DNA from: Candidatus Saccharimonadota bacterium | GTDB taxonomy: Bacteria; Patescibacteriota; Saccharimonadia; Saccharimonadales; VXPC01 | Assembly (NCBI GenBank): GCA_009839685.1 | Contig: VXPC01000031.1 | Location: 1 to 60,437, forward strand | Reading direction: 5' to 3' | DNA: 60,437 nucleotides | In this document: one piece after another, positions 11,657 to 22,404 of the stretch | Numbering within the stretch: the first letter of the stretch is position 1 | How the letters are laid out: every line of letters begins with the position of its first letter | Translations under genes and position numbers: made by a program | Notes under the pieces: model-generated | Told to the model about the DNA's origin: nothing | Databases searched by the model: none | The model's input: only the letters and a program-made list of their open reading frames with translations

Positions 11657-12347
11657 CCCCCAAAACCGCGTTCAACCGATTAATCTTTCCAGTCAGGTTG
11701 CTGCGTTTCTTCTCCAGCCTGCTTTTGGCCGATCTGGCTTGCTTAAGGCCTTTGATTCTGCCTTCATGGTAGCCGTCTATAACACCGACGCAGCCCTCGT
11801 TGAAGAAAACGGAGCCGTGCTCCCATTCAACCTCTTCAAGCTGGGCTTCAGCGTCAGCCAACTTAACTAACAGCTTCCGTCTGGTGTCTTCTAATCTGGC
11901 CGCCCGAGACTCCGGCCGGTTTGATACAGCCGCGACCGCCTCAACAACAGGCGGTTGATTATCATCGGGCGTGCTTTTCAATCTGTCTCCGACGCACTCG
12001 ATTTTCTGTGCGGACTCTTGTATCTTGTCACTTAGTCGATTGACCGTCTCCTCATGCGAAGAATAGCCGCTGGCACCACAATGGTAAACCCCTGCCGCAA
12101 AACTGAAATAAGCAAGCTCTTCCCTCAGGACAAGTAAAACTCCCTCTAAGTACTGGCTTGACTCAAAACCGTGAGCCTCTCCCATGCTTTTGACTTCATG
12201 CCATAGCTGGTTAATCCTAAATTGGCCGGCCTTAAAGTTATGCTGGCTATTGCTGATGTACCCCTCAACCGCCGTAGGCAGTTCCGGTTCCGTTCGTAAG
12301 TTTTCCATTCCGCTTTTCATTCTGTAACTGAAACAATTCTCTCGCAA
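11649..12347 (-). CDS. hypothetical protein with a predicted C-terminal coiled coil
   Basis: 232 aa. The C-terminal third is rich in heptad-like charged repeats (RRKLLVKLADAEAQLEEVE, KSRLEKKRSNLTGKINRL). The start is ambiguous (TTG 12347, ATG 12320 or ATG 12308). Confidence 0.55.
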   Translation of the reverse strand: MRENCFSYRMKSGMENLRTEPELPTAVEGYISNSQHNFKAGQFRINQLWHEVKSMGEAHGFESSQYLEGVLLVLREELAYFSFAAGVYHCGASGYSSHEETVNRLSDKIQESAQKIECVGDRLKSTPDDNQPPVVEAVAAVSNRPESRAARLEDTRRKLLVKLADAEAQLEEVEWEHGSVFFNEGCVGVIDGYHEGRIKGLKQARSAKSRLEKKRSNLTGKINRLNAVLGVT

Positions 12348-12463
12348 ATGCCGAAAAGATTTCCGGCAAATACCATGATTGGCTTGTTAAACTTTGCATA
12401 TATTATAATATATTGCCTAATTTTGCAAATAAAAGTGGTTCTACTGGGACACCCCTATCGCGC

Positions 12464-14215
12464 TTACCTGCCCTTGGCCACCACTGAACCCGCCTTGTCT
12501 TTCAGCCGCGACAGGAAGAGTCTCAGTCTTTTCCTGAAGCTGGGTCGCTGGTCGCTTCTAACCGCGACCGCCAGCAGCGCCCGCGCCCGCGTAAAGCCGA
12601 CATAATTGAGCAAGCTCTTGCCCGCGCCGATATTCTCGATGTCGGTCAGGATGACAATCTTATTTTCCAAACCCTTGTAAGCGTGGATCGTGGCGTAGCC
12701 GATCGACTTTATGCCGCTGGCTGCCACCGACATATTGCTGGGGCTTATCTGGTGCATGTCGAAAAGCGGCTGAAGACTTGTGCCGGTCAGCGAGGCCGCG
12801 GCCGTCCGCGGCGAAAGGACGGTGATTTCCTCAGCTGAAAAACCCGCCTTGAGCAAGTCTTTGATGAAACCTGACACCTTGCGTAGCTGATCCTCGCGAT
12901 CCTTGTACCACAAATATTTGACCGAGGCTCCGCCTTGCTTCTTGACGCCATCAATGTCGATGCCGGTCACAAGTTCGGTTGCTCTGGCGATGTTGGGAGT
13001 GTTGCGGCAATTGATTGACAGGTTCAAAACGGTCGCCTTGCTTTTAAGCGGTTCGAGAACGGCACTGGCTTCCGCGCCGTTTGAATAAATGTTTTGATTC
13101 CTGTTGTCCAGGCAAATCATCCACTGGCCGTTGTCAAGACCCCCGACTACCACCTGATCCAAGACCTCCAAGTATTTTGGAGTCAGGATGTCTTGGGCTT
13201 CATCTATAATCAAGTAGTCGAACTTGGTCGGCGGACGGGTCTTGGCAGCAGCTAAAAATTTGTTCGGAAATTTTTCCGTAAATAGCTCGCGCTTGTCTGC
13301 TACCGTGTCAATTTGTTCATCCGACATGTCTATGTGATCGCGCATGAAGTGGTGCAGGGTTTCAACTATGTAATCACCGGCGCCGACATTATGGCGCAGC
13401 AAGCCCCTCAAATAAGCCGCCAGCAGCTTGTTATAACAAAGCAACAGCACGCTCCGGCCCTGAGCCAAGTGCCTCTTCAGCATTTCAACCGCCAGCATCG
13501 TCTTGCCGGTACCGGCCGCCCCGAACAGCAGAATCCTGGAGTTTTGGCCGGCGGCATCCAGCACTCTAACCTGTTCGGTCGTTAGGCGGGCAATTTCTTG
13601 CTCCGACTCCGATAGCTGATCGGATAGAGTCATGACTGCTTCGAAATCCCCCCTGAGATAGCCGACCAGCTCTTTGATCTGGCGCTGGCTCAATTTGCGC
13701 TGGCCCTTGCCCCGGGAGCGCCAGTACCCAGACAGTCTTTTGACGTATGAGCTGATGGGTTGCTTGAGGTCGGATTTGTCGCAGACGATAGCCGGATCCC
13801 ATTCCGGGCTGCCGACCTTGAACTCGGCGCCGGTGAAAACAACCCCGTAGCCGAAGGCATGCTTGTCCGCCCGCCAGCCCAAATTCTTGACCAGATCATT
13901 CGTTAAGGAGTAAAGAGCGGATTTAGCCTGATCGAAAGGCGATTCCTGCTTGCGGTACTGCCTTGAACCGTCTTGGACCAGCCAGGCACCGTTCTTTCTT
14001 TCAACCTTGCCGCCTTTGACCTCCAAGACAAACAGGCCGTCCGGGCCAATTAGCAAAAAGTCAATTTCGCCCTCGCGCTTGGAAACATGACGGCTGACGC
14101 CCAAGGAATGAAGGCAGAACCAATTGTCTAAGCCCTTGCAGTTTTGGAAAACCTTAAACAACCGCCTCTCCGAGCCGTTAACAGAATCGTTGATATAGTC
14201 TGGAATCAGCTTCAT
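12464..14215 (-). CDS. NERD-domain nuclease fused to an SF1 (UvrD/AAA_30-like) helicase
   Basis: The N-terminus SERRLFKVF...EGEIDFLLIGPDGLFVLEVKGG matches the NERD pattern (E, D, ExK). Helicase motifs are Walker A LFGAAGTGKT, Walker B YLIIDEAQD, and C-terminal ATIHAYKGLE and VGFTRAR. Confidence 0.85.
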   Translation of the reverse strand: MKLIPDYINDSVNGSERRLFKVFQNCKGLDNWFCLHSLGVSRHVSKREGEIDFLLIGPDGLFVLEVKGGKVERKNGAWLVQDGSRQYRKQESPFDQAKSALYSLTNDLVKNLGWRADKHAFGYGVVFTGAEFKVGSPEWDPAIVCDKSDLKQPISSYVKRLSGYWRSRGKGQRKLSQRQIKELVGYLRGDFEAVMTLSDQLSESEQEIARLTTEQVRVLDAAGQNSRILLFGAAGTGKTMLAVEMLKRHLAQGRSVLLLCYNKLLAAYLRGLLRHNVGAGDYIVETLHHFMRDHIDMSDEQIDTVADKRELFTEKFPNKFLAAAKTRPPTKFDYLIIDEAQDILTPKYLEVLDQVVVGGLDNGQWMICLDNRNQNIYSNGAEASAVLEPLKSKATVLNLSINCRNTPNIARATELVTGIDIDGVKKQGGASVKYLWYKDREDQLRKVSGFIKDLLKAGFSAEEITVLSPRTAAASLTGTSLQPLFDMHQISPSNMSVAASGIKSIGYATIHAYKGLENKIVILTDIENIGAGKSLLNYVGFTRARALLAVAVRSDQRPSFRKRLRLFLSRLKDKAGSVVAKGR

Positions 14216-14352
14216 TAATCCGCCTTCCCGGCCAGCCAGAACCGGAGCTAAATTGCCTTTTCATATATACTCTAAATTAGGCAGACGGCTTGATAAATAG
14301 TGCATATTACAACGCTTGACCAGCTGCCATCAGACGATTTACCGGAACGAAA

Positions 14353-14787
14353 ATGCAGGATAAAAACAACCAGATTATCGCCGGCTACTTGAGCGGGCTG
14401 ACAGACGGCCAGCGACGGGTAGTTGAAGAGTTGCACGGGTTAATACGCGGCTGGCAGCCGAGCCTCGAGGTCAGAATCTGGCATTCCATGGGCTTTGACA
14501 TCATCGGTTACGGCAAAGTATCCTACTCGCGACCCGGCAAACCCCTGTCCAGCTGGTTCATTATCGGCCTAGCCGCCCATAAGACTTACTTCAGCTTGTA
14601 CGTCTGGGGCGTCGTTGACGGCCGGTACTTAACGGAGATCTACGCCGACCGTCTCGGCGGCATGAAAAGCGGCAAAAGTTGTTTAAATTTCAAAGGTTTG
14701 GCGGAGCTGGATTTGCCGCTGCTGCAAGAAGTTATCCAGCGAGCGGTCGAGATTAACTCCAGCCCTAAACCGCCCCGAAAGCCTTAA
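14353..14787 (+). CDS. DUF1801/YdhG-like small protein
   Basis: 144 aa. The overall pattern (WHSMGFDIIGYG...YFSLYVWG...GKSCLNFKGLAELD) resembles the YdhG-like family. Assigned from memory of the family profile. Confidence 0.5.
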   Translation: MQDKNNQIIAGYLSGLTDGQRRVVEELHGLIRGWQPSLEVRIWHSMGFDIIGYGKVSYSRPGKPLSSWFIIGLAAHKTYFSLYVWGVVDGRYLTEIYADRLGGMKSGKSCLNFKGLAELDLPLLQEVIQRAVEINSSPKPPRKP

Positions 14788-14823
14788 ATACAACGGCTGC
14801 CGAAGTGTATAATCCAAGGCGTA

Positions 14824-16644
14824 ATGTGTGGCATAGTCGCCTCCTTAGGTTCACGACCGGCTTCGCCCTTTATCATCCAAGGCCTCAAGGCTTTGGAGTA
14901 CAGGGGTTACGACTCGGCGGGCTTGGCCGTTATGGGGGCCAAGGGCGTCAAATGCATTAAGGCGGTTGGCCAAGTCAGCCGGCTGGAAAGAAAAGTTAAG
15001 TTTAAGCGGCCGGCCGGCAAGCTCGGTATCGGCCATACCAGATGGGCGACCCACGGCCGGGTCTTGGTTAAAAACGCCCACCCCCACTGCGACGACAAAG
15101 GCCAGTTCTTCGTCGTCCACAACGGCATTATCGAAAATTTCGCCATCCTGAAAGAATTTTTAATCAAGAAGGGTCATAAATTCAGCTCCGACACCGACAG
15201 CGAGGTAGTCGCCCAGCTGCTGGCTTATAACTTCAAACAGGTGGGCGATGTCCGTCAGGCTATCTTCCTGACCCTGCGCAGCCTGAAGGGCGCCTACGCC
15301 TTGGCTATCATCAGCGAAAAAGAACCCGGCAAGCTCTGGGGTGCCAAATTGTCCGGGCCGCTGGTTTTAGGTATCGGCGAACAGCAATTTTACTTGGCAT
15401 CAGACCCGATGGCGCTGGCTAATTTCAGCCGACGGATGATAGTTCTGGAAGACAATGAAGTCGTCGAAATAACGACTGAGGGCTACACTATTTCCAATCT
15501 GGAAAGCGAGAAAACCGTCAAACGGCCGGCCGCTTTAGTTGATCTCGCTGACAAAGAAGCGGGTCTGGGCGGCTATTCGGATTACATGAGCAAGGAAATA
15601 GCCGAGAGCCCTAGGGTCGTTGAAGACGTCACCAGGGGACGGCTGAACTCTGAGACCGGCATTGTCAAACTGGGCGGCCTAGACACTGTTGCCAGCCAGC
15701 TGGAACATATCGACCGCATCCTGATTATCGCCTGCGGGACTTCCTACTTCGCCGGCATGGTCGGCGAGTACCTGTTTGAAGAAATCAGCCAGATACCCGT
15801 GGAAGTTCAACTGGCCAGCGAGTTTCGCTACCGCAACGAACCCCTGTCCAGAAGTACGGCCGTGATAGTCATCTCCCAATCTGGCGAAACGGCCGACACG
15901 ATCGCGGCGCTGCAGAAGATCAGCGACAGCGGCATCCTGAAACTGGGCGTGGTCAACGTTGTCGGCTCCACCCTGTCGCGCTTAACGGATGCCGGGGTTT
16001 ATTGTCAGGCCGGACTTGAAAAATCGGTAGCGTCGACTAAAAGTTTTATCGCCCAAGTAACCGTGCTGGTCATGATGGCCCTCTACCTCAACAACCACTC
16101 CCCTCTCTACAATGAGCTGCTGCGCGGCTTGACCGACCTGCCGGAACAGATGCGCGGTTTCTTGAAAAGCAACTCGGTTGCCAAAATAGCCAAGAAATAC
16201 GCCAAGTACAACAACTTCCTTTTCTTGGGCAGGCGCTACGCTTACCCGGTCGCCCTAGAGGGCGCCCTGAAGCTGAAGGAAATAAGCTACATCCACGCCG
16301 AGGGTTTGGCCGGGGGCGAAATCAAACACGGTTCTTTGGCTCTGGTTGATAAGAATTGCCCCTGTTTTGCTACCGCCCTGAGCAACGGCATCGATGACAA
16401 GACGGTCAACAGCTTGGCTGAAATCAAGGCCAGGAAGGGCAAGATCGTAGCCGTGGTCGACGATCCCAAGAGCGAAGCCGCCAAGCTGACGGACGATTTA
16501 ATCGTGGTTCCCAAAGTACCCGAAGCCCTTCAGCCTTTGGTCGCCGGTCTGGCTTGCCATCTCTTCGCCTACCACGTAGCCAAAACCCTGAAAAGGCCGA
16601 TCGACAAACCCCGCAACTTGGCCAAATCCGTCACTGTTGAGTAA
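14824..16644 (+). CDS. glmS: glutamine--fructose-6-phosphate aminotransferase (isomerizing)
   Basis: 606 aa. It has the MCGIV N-terminal nucleophile, GHTRWATHG, two SIS domains (ACGTSY, ISQSGETADT), and a C-terminal LAKSVTVE. Confidence 0.95.
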   Translation: MCGIVASLGSRPASPFIIQGLKALEYRGYDSAGLAVMGAKGVKCIKAVGQVSRLERKVKFKRPAGKLGIGHTRWATHGRVLVKNAHPHCDDKGQFFVVHNGIIENFAILKEFLIKKGHKFSSDTDSEVVAQLLAYNFKQVGDVRQAIFLTLRSLKGAYALAIISEKEPGKLWGAKLSGPLVLGIGEQQFYLASDPMALANFSRRMIVLEDNEVVEITTEGYTISNLESEKTVKRPAALVDLADKEAGLGGYSDYMSKEIAESPRVVEDVTRGRLNSETGIVKLGGLDTVASQLEHIDRILIIACGTSYFAGMVGEYLFEEISQIPVEVQLASEFRYRNEPLSRSTAVIVISQSGETADTIAALQKISDSGILKLGVVNVVGSTLSRLTDAGVYCQAGLEKSVASTKSFIAQVTVLVMMALYLNNHSPLYNELLRGLTDLPEQMRGFLKSNSVAKIAKKYAKYNNFLFLGRRYAYPVALEGALKLKEISYIHAEGLAGGEIKHGSLALVDKNCPCFATALSNGIDDKTVNSLAEIKARKGKIVAVVDDPKSEAAKLTDDLIVVPKVPEALQPLVAGLACHLFAYHVAKTLKRPIDKPRNLAKSVTVE

Positions 16645-16708
16645 ATATTTTTATAGCCCCGTGAGCCGAGGTTGCCGGACGGAGCCTGGTTGATCAAATA
16701 TACTGTTT

Positions 16709-17197
16709 GTGAGACACTTCCCCATCTGTTATAATCTGAATATGGAAAGCCTGTGCCCCGGCGACAGATTCGCTGATCCGGCAGAATTAGCCTTAACGAA
16801 AGTGGACATAACGGCCGGCAAACACAACTTGGCCGGAACCGCGGCGGAAGAGCAGGCTTTAGCTGAATTGAGCATCGCGAGTGAAAACCTGGGTTTCAAT
16901 GACAAGCGCTATTTCGTAGAAGCTAGAAGATCCTTGTTCCTGCCGACTGAATTCGAGCCGGATGACGAATTGAAGATTGTAGATTTCAGGGACGGGTTGA
17001 CTTTTTCCGGAGTGTTGGCAGATTACGCCATCATAGGGCTGGGTCGGCTGGAAAGCTTCGCCGAGCCAATCAGATCCCTGTGTCTGGTATTCTGCCCTTT
17101 CTTCTATCTGTTCGACTTCAGGGAAGTAGGTAAAGAAGATAAATTTGCTTTGTACACGCCAGCCTATGCCGTGGTAGACATAACGGAAGAACGCTAA
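16709..17197 (+). CDS. hypothetical protein
   Basis: 162-aa ORF. A more likely ATG start is at 16742 (MESLCPGD). No motif recognised. Confidence 0.45.
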   Translation: MRHFPICYNLNMESLCPGDRFADPAELALTKVDITAGKHNLAGTAAEEQALAELSIASENLGFNDKRYFVEARRSLFLPTEFEPDDELKIVDFRDGLTFSGVLADYAIIGLGRLESFAEPIRSLCLVFCPFFYLFDFREVGKEDKFALYTPAYAVVDITEER

Positions 17198-17278
17198 ATC
17201 GGAACCGGCGCGGAAAGCTGCCCGTCAGGACGCTAAGTGAACTTAGGCCACCGTTTCAAAAAATTAAAAGCTAATCTC

Positions 17279-17355
17279 TGGTGGGGCTGGGAGGACTTGA
17301 ACCACCGACCTCGTCATTATCAGTGACGCGCTCTAACCAGCTGAGCTACAGCCCC
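17279..17355 (-). tRNA. tRNA-Ile (anticodon GAU), CCA encoded
   Basis: The reverse complement GGGGCTGTAGCTCAGCTGGTTAGAGCGCGTCACTGATAATGACGAGGTCGGTGGTTCAAGTCCTCCCAGCCCCACCA folds as a cloverleaf with anticodon loop CTGATAA. Confidence 0.9.
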
Positions 17356-17378
17356 GTGCTATAAATTAAAAACGGGCT

Positions 17379-17455
17379 TGGTGGAGCTGAAGAGATTCGA
17401 ACTCTTGACCCCCTGCTTGCAAAGCAGGTGCTCTAGCCAGCTGAGCTACAGCCCC
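17379..17455 (-). tRNA. tRNA-Ala (anticodon UGC), CCA encoded
   Basis: The reverse complement GGGGCTGTAGCTCAGCTGGCTAGAGCACCTGCTTTGCAAGCAGGGGGTCAAGAGTTCGAATCTCTTCAGCTCCACCA has anticodon loop TTTGCAA and a G3:U70 pair. Confidence 0.9.
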
Positions 17456-17465
17456 ACACGGATAG

Positions 17466-17474
17466 ATTATAGCA
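17466..17474 (-). promoter_or_regulatory. extended -10 element (TGcTATAAT) for the tRNA-Ala/Ile pair
   Basis: On the minus strand TGCTATAAT ends 10 nt upstream of the tRNA-Ala 5' end. There is no good -35. Confidence 0.4.
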
Positions 17475-17594
17475 AAATTCGAATTATACGCGCATCCCTT
17501 ACCGGCAACCATCAGCAGGGACACCTGAGAAACCTAAGCCGGTAATCGCCGACGACACCCATAAGCCAGAATATGCACGCCGGGAAACTATGGC

Positions 17595-17999
17595 TCAGTG
17601 CAGGTAATTTACTTCTTGTGATTCTTCTAATTCTTCCAGTAGGTCTGGATTGGAAAGCACAAAGGCAACCGAGCCAAGGTACAGGATGCCGGCGATTGCT
17701 GCCACGATCACGCCGGACAGAGCCAAGCCTTTTTTCTGGGCGCCCTTGTTGGCATTTGACAGACCGACGATTGACAGCACAATTCCGACCAGCCACAAAA
17801 TAGTCGTGATGACCGGGATCCAGACCAAGACCACGCTGACCATAACCAAGACGAAACCGGCTACGGCTACGCCGTTGCTGGCTCCCTCCTGTCCGATGTT
17901 CATGTTATTCTGATACCCTGTCGGCGGACGATCCATCTGTGGCGGCTGATTGACCGGAGGCACCTGATTCTGACCAGGCTGATTTTGATTGGGTGGCAT
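17595..17999 (-). CDS. small membrane protein with a Pro/Gln-rich N-terminus (DUF4190-like)
   Basis: 134 aa. It starts MPPNQNQPGQNQVPPVNQPPQMDRPP, followed by two or three TM helices (VAVAGFVLVMVSVVLVWIPVITTILWLVGIVLSIVGL...). Confidence 0.6.
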   Translation of the reverse strand: MPPNQNQPGQNQVPPVNQPPQMDRPPTGYQNNMNIGQEGASNGVAVAGFVLVMVSVVLVWIPVITTILWLVGIVLSIVGLSNANKGAQKKGLALSGVIVAAIAGILYLGSVAFVLSNPDLLEELEESQEVNYLH

Positions 18000-18121
18000 G
18001 ATAAAACCTCAACTAAGTTGCTTTGTCCGCATTATAGCATAAGTCCACCGGTGCGGCTTGGCGCGATTAAACTCGCTGCCTGCCGATGACAGCCCAAGCA
18101 TCCATCCCCAAAGCGGCTCAA

Positions 18122-18760
18122 TTAATCCTGATAACCCATGTAGACCCGCTGATCCAAAACCGTTCCGCTGTCCTTCAGCAGGGTCGGCCGTAACTCATCC
18201 GGACCGATTTCCAGTTCGGAAAACCCCACTTTTTTGTAGGTTCTGAACGCGGGGTCGTTGCTCTGCCACGTCTCAAGACCCACCCCCTCCATCGTGAACA
18301 ACGTTTTGGTAGCCGAAACCACCGCTTGGACGTAGTGCTTGAACAATCCTTGGTTCAAGGCTATATCGCCCAATCTGTAGGCGGACGTAATCGGATAGGC
18401 CTCGAATCTGGGCGATTCCTCATAGCCCGTCCAGCCATAACCCGCCAAGCGGGTCGGCGATGATTCGCCGCTAAGCCTTTGCAGCAGCAGGAATACCGCC
18501 CGCCCGCCGGCTTTCCGCAACCACTTTTCAGTTGACTCAAGGGACGCAAAACGCCTGTCAGTGGCGTCCCCCGGACAATATTCGACGATATGTTCCTGCC
18601 GTGCCATAACTGTTATAGCGTCAGCGTGATACTCGTTCAAGCCGACCGCAAGTTCATAGCCGCGACTGCCGAGTTCTCTCAGAGCGGCATTGCCCCGAAC
18701 GCCTAAGCCGCCCGACAGACTTTCAGGTTCTTCTACCAGACGATTAGGAAAAGATTCCAC
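18122..18760 (-). CDS. possible GNAT-family N-acetyltransferase
   Basis: 212 aa. The C-terminal GVGLETWQSNDPAFRTYKKVGF resembles the GNAT acetyl-CoA-binding region. This is a weak, motif-only call. Confidence 0.45.
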   Translation of the reverse strand: MESFPNRLVEEPESLSGGLGVRGNAALRELGSRGYELAVGLNEYHADAITVMARQEHIVEYCPGDATDRRFASLESTEKWLRKAGGRAVFLLLQRLSGESSPTRLAGYGWTGYEESPRFEAYPITSAYRLGDIALNQGLFKHYVQAVVSATKTLFTMEGVGLETWQSNDPAFRTYKKVGFSELEIGPDELRPTLLKDSGTVLDQRVYMGYQD

Positions 18761-18781
18761 GAGATTCTTTGCAAGTGGCGA

Positions 18782-19708
18782 CTAATTGTCAGCCCCGTCC
18801 TCTGCCGGTTGCAGTTGCCAAGTGCCGCAACCCTCCAGGTGCGGGGAGAAGGAGGCAATGGACTCGCCGATCGTCACCGTTACCGTGCTGCCGGGCAAAG
18901 CTTGGAACTGAGAGTCATCGTTCAGCCAGCCGGCGTTATCATCGTCTGCAGTGGCGTAAGTTAGCCTGCAGACGGACAAAGAGGTATGATCACCATCAGC
19001 TATGTCGATGACAACTTCGTTATCGTCTTCGTCGGTCGGCGGCACTACCTTGTAGCTAATTCCGGGCGCTAGCTCAACCTCTCTGGTCTCAAACAGAGCT
19101 GACGCGTCTTGAACCGGAGATAGGTGACCTAGGCTGACCGTGGTCATTACGTAAGTACCAGGAGCTATATCTTCCCCAATCCGGTAATAACCGTTACCGA
19201 ATGACGTCAGGAGTTCGTCGCGCTCTGGGAGAGGCGGAATTTCATATGAGTAAGTCTTGCGCAGAGCCGCTTCCACTCTGGATTTGGCCGCTGCCATCTT
19301 TTCAGTGTCTGCCGGACCCGCTACGGGCGGCTGCATGTCAGAATAATCCACGCCCAGACCTTCGTACGAATTGTAAACGTAGATCTTGGCGACATACGTC
19401 GACCTCAATGGGTTAGGCTCAAATTCACCCAGCAGCGGCGCAACGGCGTGGTCGAAGAACGCGTCGAGCTGTTCGTCGCTGACTTCAGAGTCAACGGACA
19501 CGTACACGGATATCGGCACGTTGGAGTTAGGCGGGTTTGCGACATGGCCCACACCCTGCAGGCCCAGATGCTCGTACTCAAAGTCGGCTTCAACAGCTTG
19601 ATTTTCCCCGTTTTCACCTGTCCCGGTATTGCCGTTATTATCCGTATCGGTGTCGCTACCCCTGTTGAGAAGTATCGTTCCGATGATGCCGATCAAGAGA
19701 ACGGCCAC
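18782..19708 (-). CDS. membrane-anchored or secreted protein of unknown function
   Basis: 308 aa with an N-terminal TM (AVLLIGIIGTILL), then a Thr/Asn/Gly-rich linker. The GTG start has no RBS. See the finding on a possible upstream ATG in another frame. Confidence 0.6.
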   Translation of the reverse strand: MAVLLIGIIGTILLNRGSDTDTDNNGNTGTGENGENQAVEADFEYEHLGLQGVGHVANPPNSNVPISVYVSVDSEVSDEQLDAFFDHAVAPLLGEFEPNPLRSTYVAKIYVYNSYEGLGVDYSDMQPPVAGPADTEKMAAAKSRVEAALRKTYSYEIPPLPERDELLTSFGNGYYRIGEDIAPGTYVMTTVSLGHLSPVQDASALFETREVELAPGISYKVVPPTDEDDNEVVIDIADGDHTSLSVCRLTYATADDDNAGWLNDDSQFQALPGSTVTVTIGESIASFSPHLEGCGTWQLQPAEDGADN

Positions 19709-20112
19709 GACGATGCCGATATCAGCCCCGTCTTACTATTCTTTTCTGATGTCATACGCCTTACCTTGCCCTTTCAGCGCTTTTAAAATTATAAAGATGT
19801 AAAAATCGCACTTATTATAACACAAGCGTCGTTCATTTTGGAGAACGGCGATAACGAAACCCACGACATGGTCGTGTTGCCGGTTCGAAAACTTGGTTGC
19901 GCAATGCCGTCTTTTAAACTGTCCGTTTGCGAGACAGTTAATTGCTCGAGGTCTGTTTGGGATAACCGAACGGCTAGCAATTCAACCGTTTGGTCCAGAT
20001 CTATCTATCTGAAAACGCGCTTAATTAAAAATGTGCTCAAAAATAAAAACATTCTTGTCCCGCTCCCCCAAGAGCGGCAGGTGCGGCGCATTTCCGACTA
20101 GTCTTCTCCCTA

Positions 20113-21579
<1,467 letters not shown>

Positions 21580-21638
21580 AATTACAAACGTTGACATTGC
21601 ACAACCAAACTTTCAAAGTGCGACAAAAACTGCCTACA

Positions 21639-21667
21639 AGTATAAGTCAATGACTTAAGTAATGCAA
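21639..21667 (-). promoter_or_regulatory. candidate 16S promoter
   Basis: On the minus strand: TTGCAT, a 17-nt spacer, then TATACT, about 60 nt upstream of the 16S 5' end. Confidence 0.45.
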
Positions 21668-21811
21668 AGATAACCCGGCCGGGCAATGATTAAGAGGTTT
21701 CACCACAATATAATTCAGGTGATGCAGGGGGCGGTTTGTTCCTTTGTTAATGGCAACAGAACCCGCCTCGACGGCCGTAACGCCGGCACCCCGCTTGTTC
21801 TTCAACGCTGT

Positions 21812-22225
21812 TCAGTGCTCCAGCGAAGGTAAGTCTTCTTCCAGGCAAGACACCTTAATGGCTGTCTGTTTAATCGCACTATTCAACGCCACGGAGGCAT
21901 CGTCCATGCGATCGGGCGCCAACCGACAGGTGACAACCGCCAGCAACTCTTCAGCCTTGCCGACCGCGCCGGCAGCACTGTCGCTCAGGAACTGCTTGAT
22001 AGGATTGGCAATCTCCAGATACCGCTGCAGAAACACTCTGATATTCTCAAGATCGCCTTCTTCGACACTGTCGTTGAAAGCTAGATATTCAAGCTTCTGC
22101 AGATCGGGGCGCTCTATGTCGTTGAGCATCTTGGCCAGATCGAACTGATTGTTGAAACGTTCACCCAGATAGCCGGAACAAATCGAGGCTGCCTCGCCGC
22201 CATTCCTGTTGGGGCTCTCTTTCAT
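21812..22225 (-). CDS. hypothetical protein (137 aa)
   Basis: Clean ORF with a GAGGAGG-type RBS (complement of cctcctc at ~22237). Mostly helical and acidic composition, no motif recognised. Confidence 0.5.
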   Translation of the reverse strand: MKESPNRNGGEAASICSGYLGERFNNQFDLAKMLNDIERPDLQKLEYLAFNDSVEEGDLENIRVFLQRYLEIANPIKQFLSDSAAGAVGKAEELLAVVTCRLAPDRMDDASVALNSAIKQTAIKVSCLEEDLPSLEH

Positions 22226-22404
22226 CCGATTTATCCTCCTCTTTGTCTCCTAAGCGCTTACCCCTCTTAAGGAAAACGCAATTTGTTGTTATTAATTCTA
22301 CAGTGCTGTCATGATTAGGCAAGGGAAAGCTGGCTCTCCATCTGAGCAAGGTTAAGTCGTGCTGTTGATATAACAACTATGCGGTAATTTATAATTCAGA
22401 CAAG

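Noticed and set aside
12381-12425. AT-rich near-palindrome GCATATATTATAATATATTGC as a possible dif site for the Xer recombinase
   Set aside because: It does not fit the XerC-arm / 6-bp spacer / XerD-arm (TTATGT.AA) organisation of known dif sites. It sits in a promoter-like position upstream of the 232-aa gene, so it is more likely a promoter or operator.
14788-14823. glmS ribozyme upstream of glmS
   Set aside because: Only 36 nt separate glmS from the preceding gene, which is far too short for the ~170-nt ribozyme, and no conserved core is visible.
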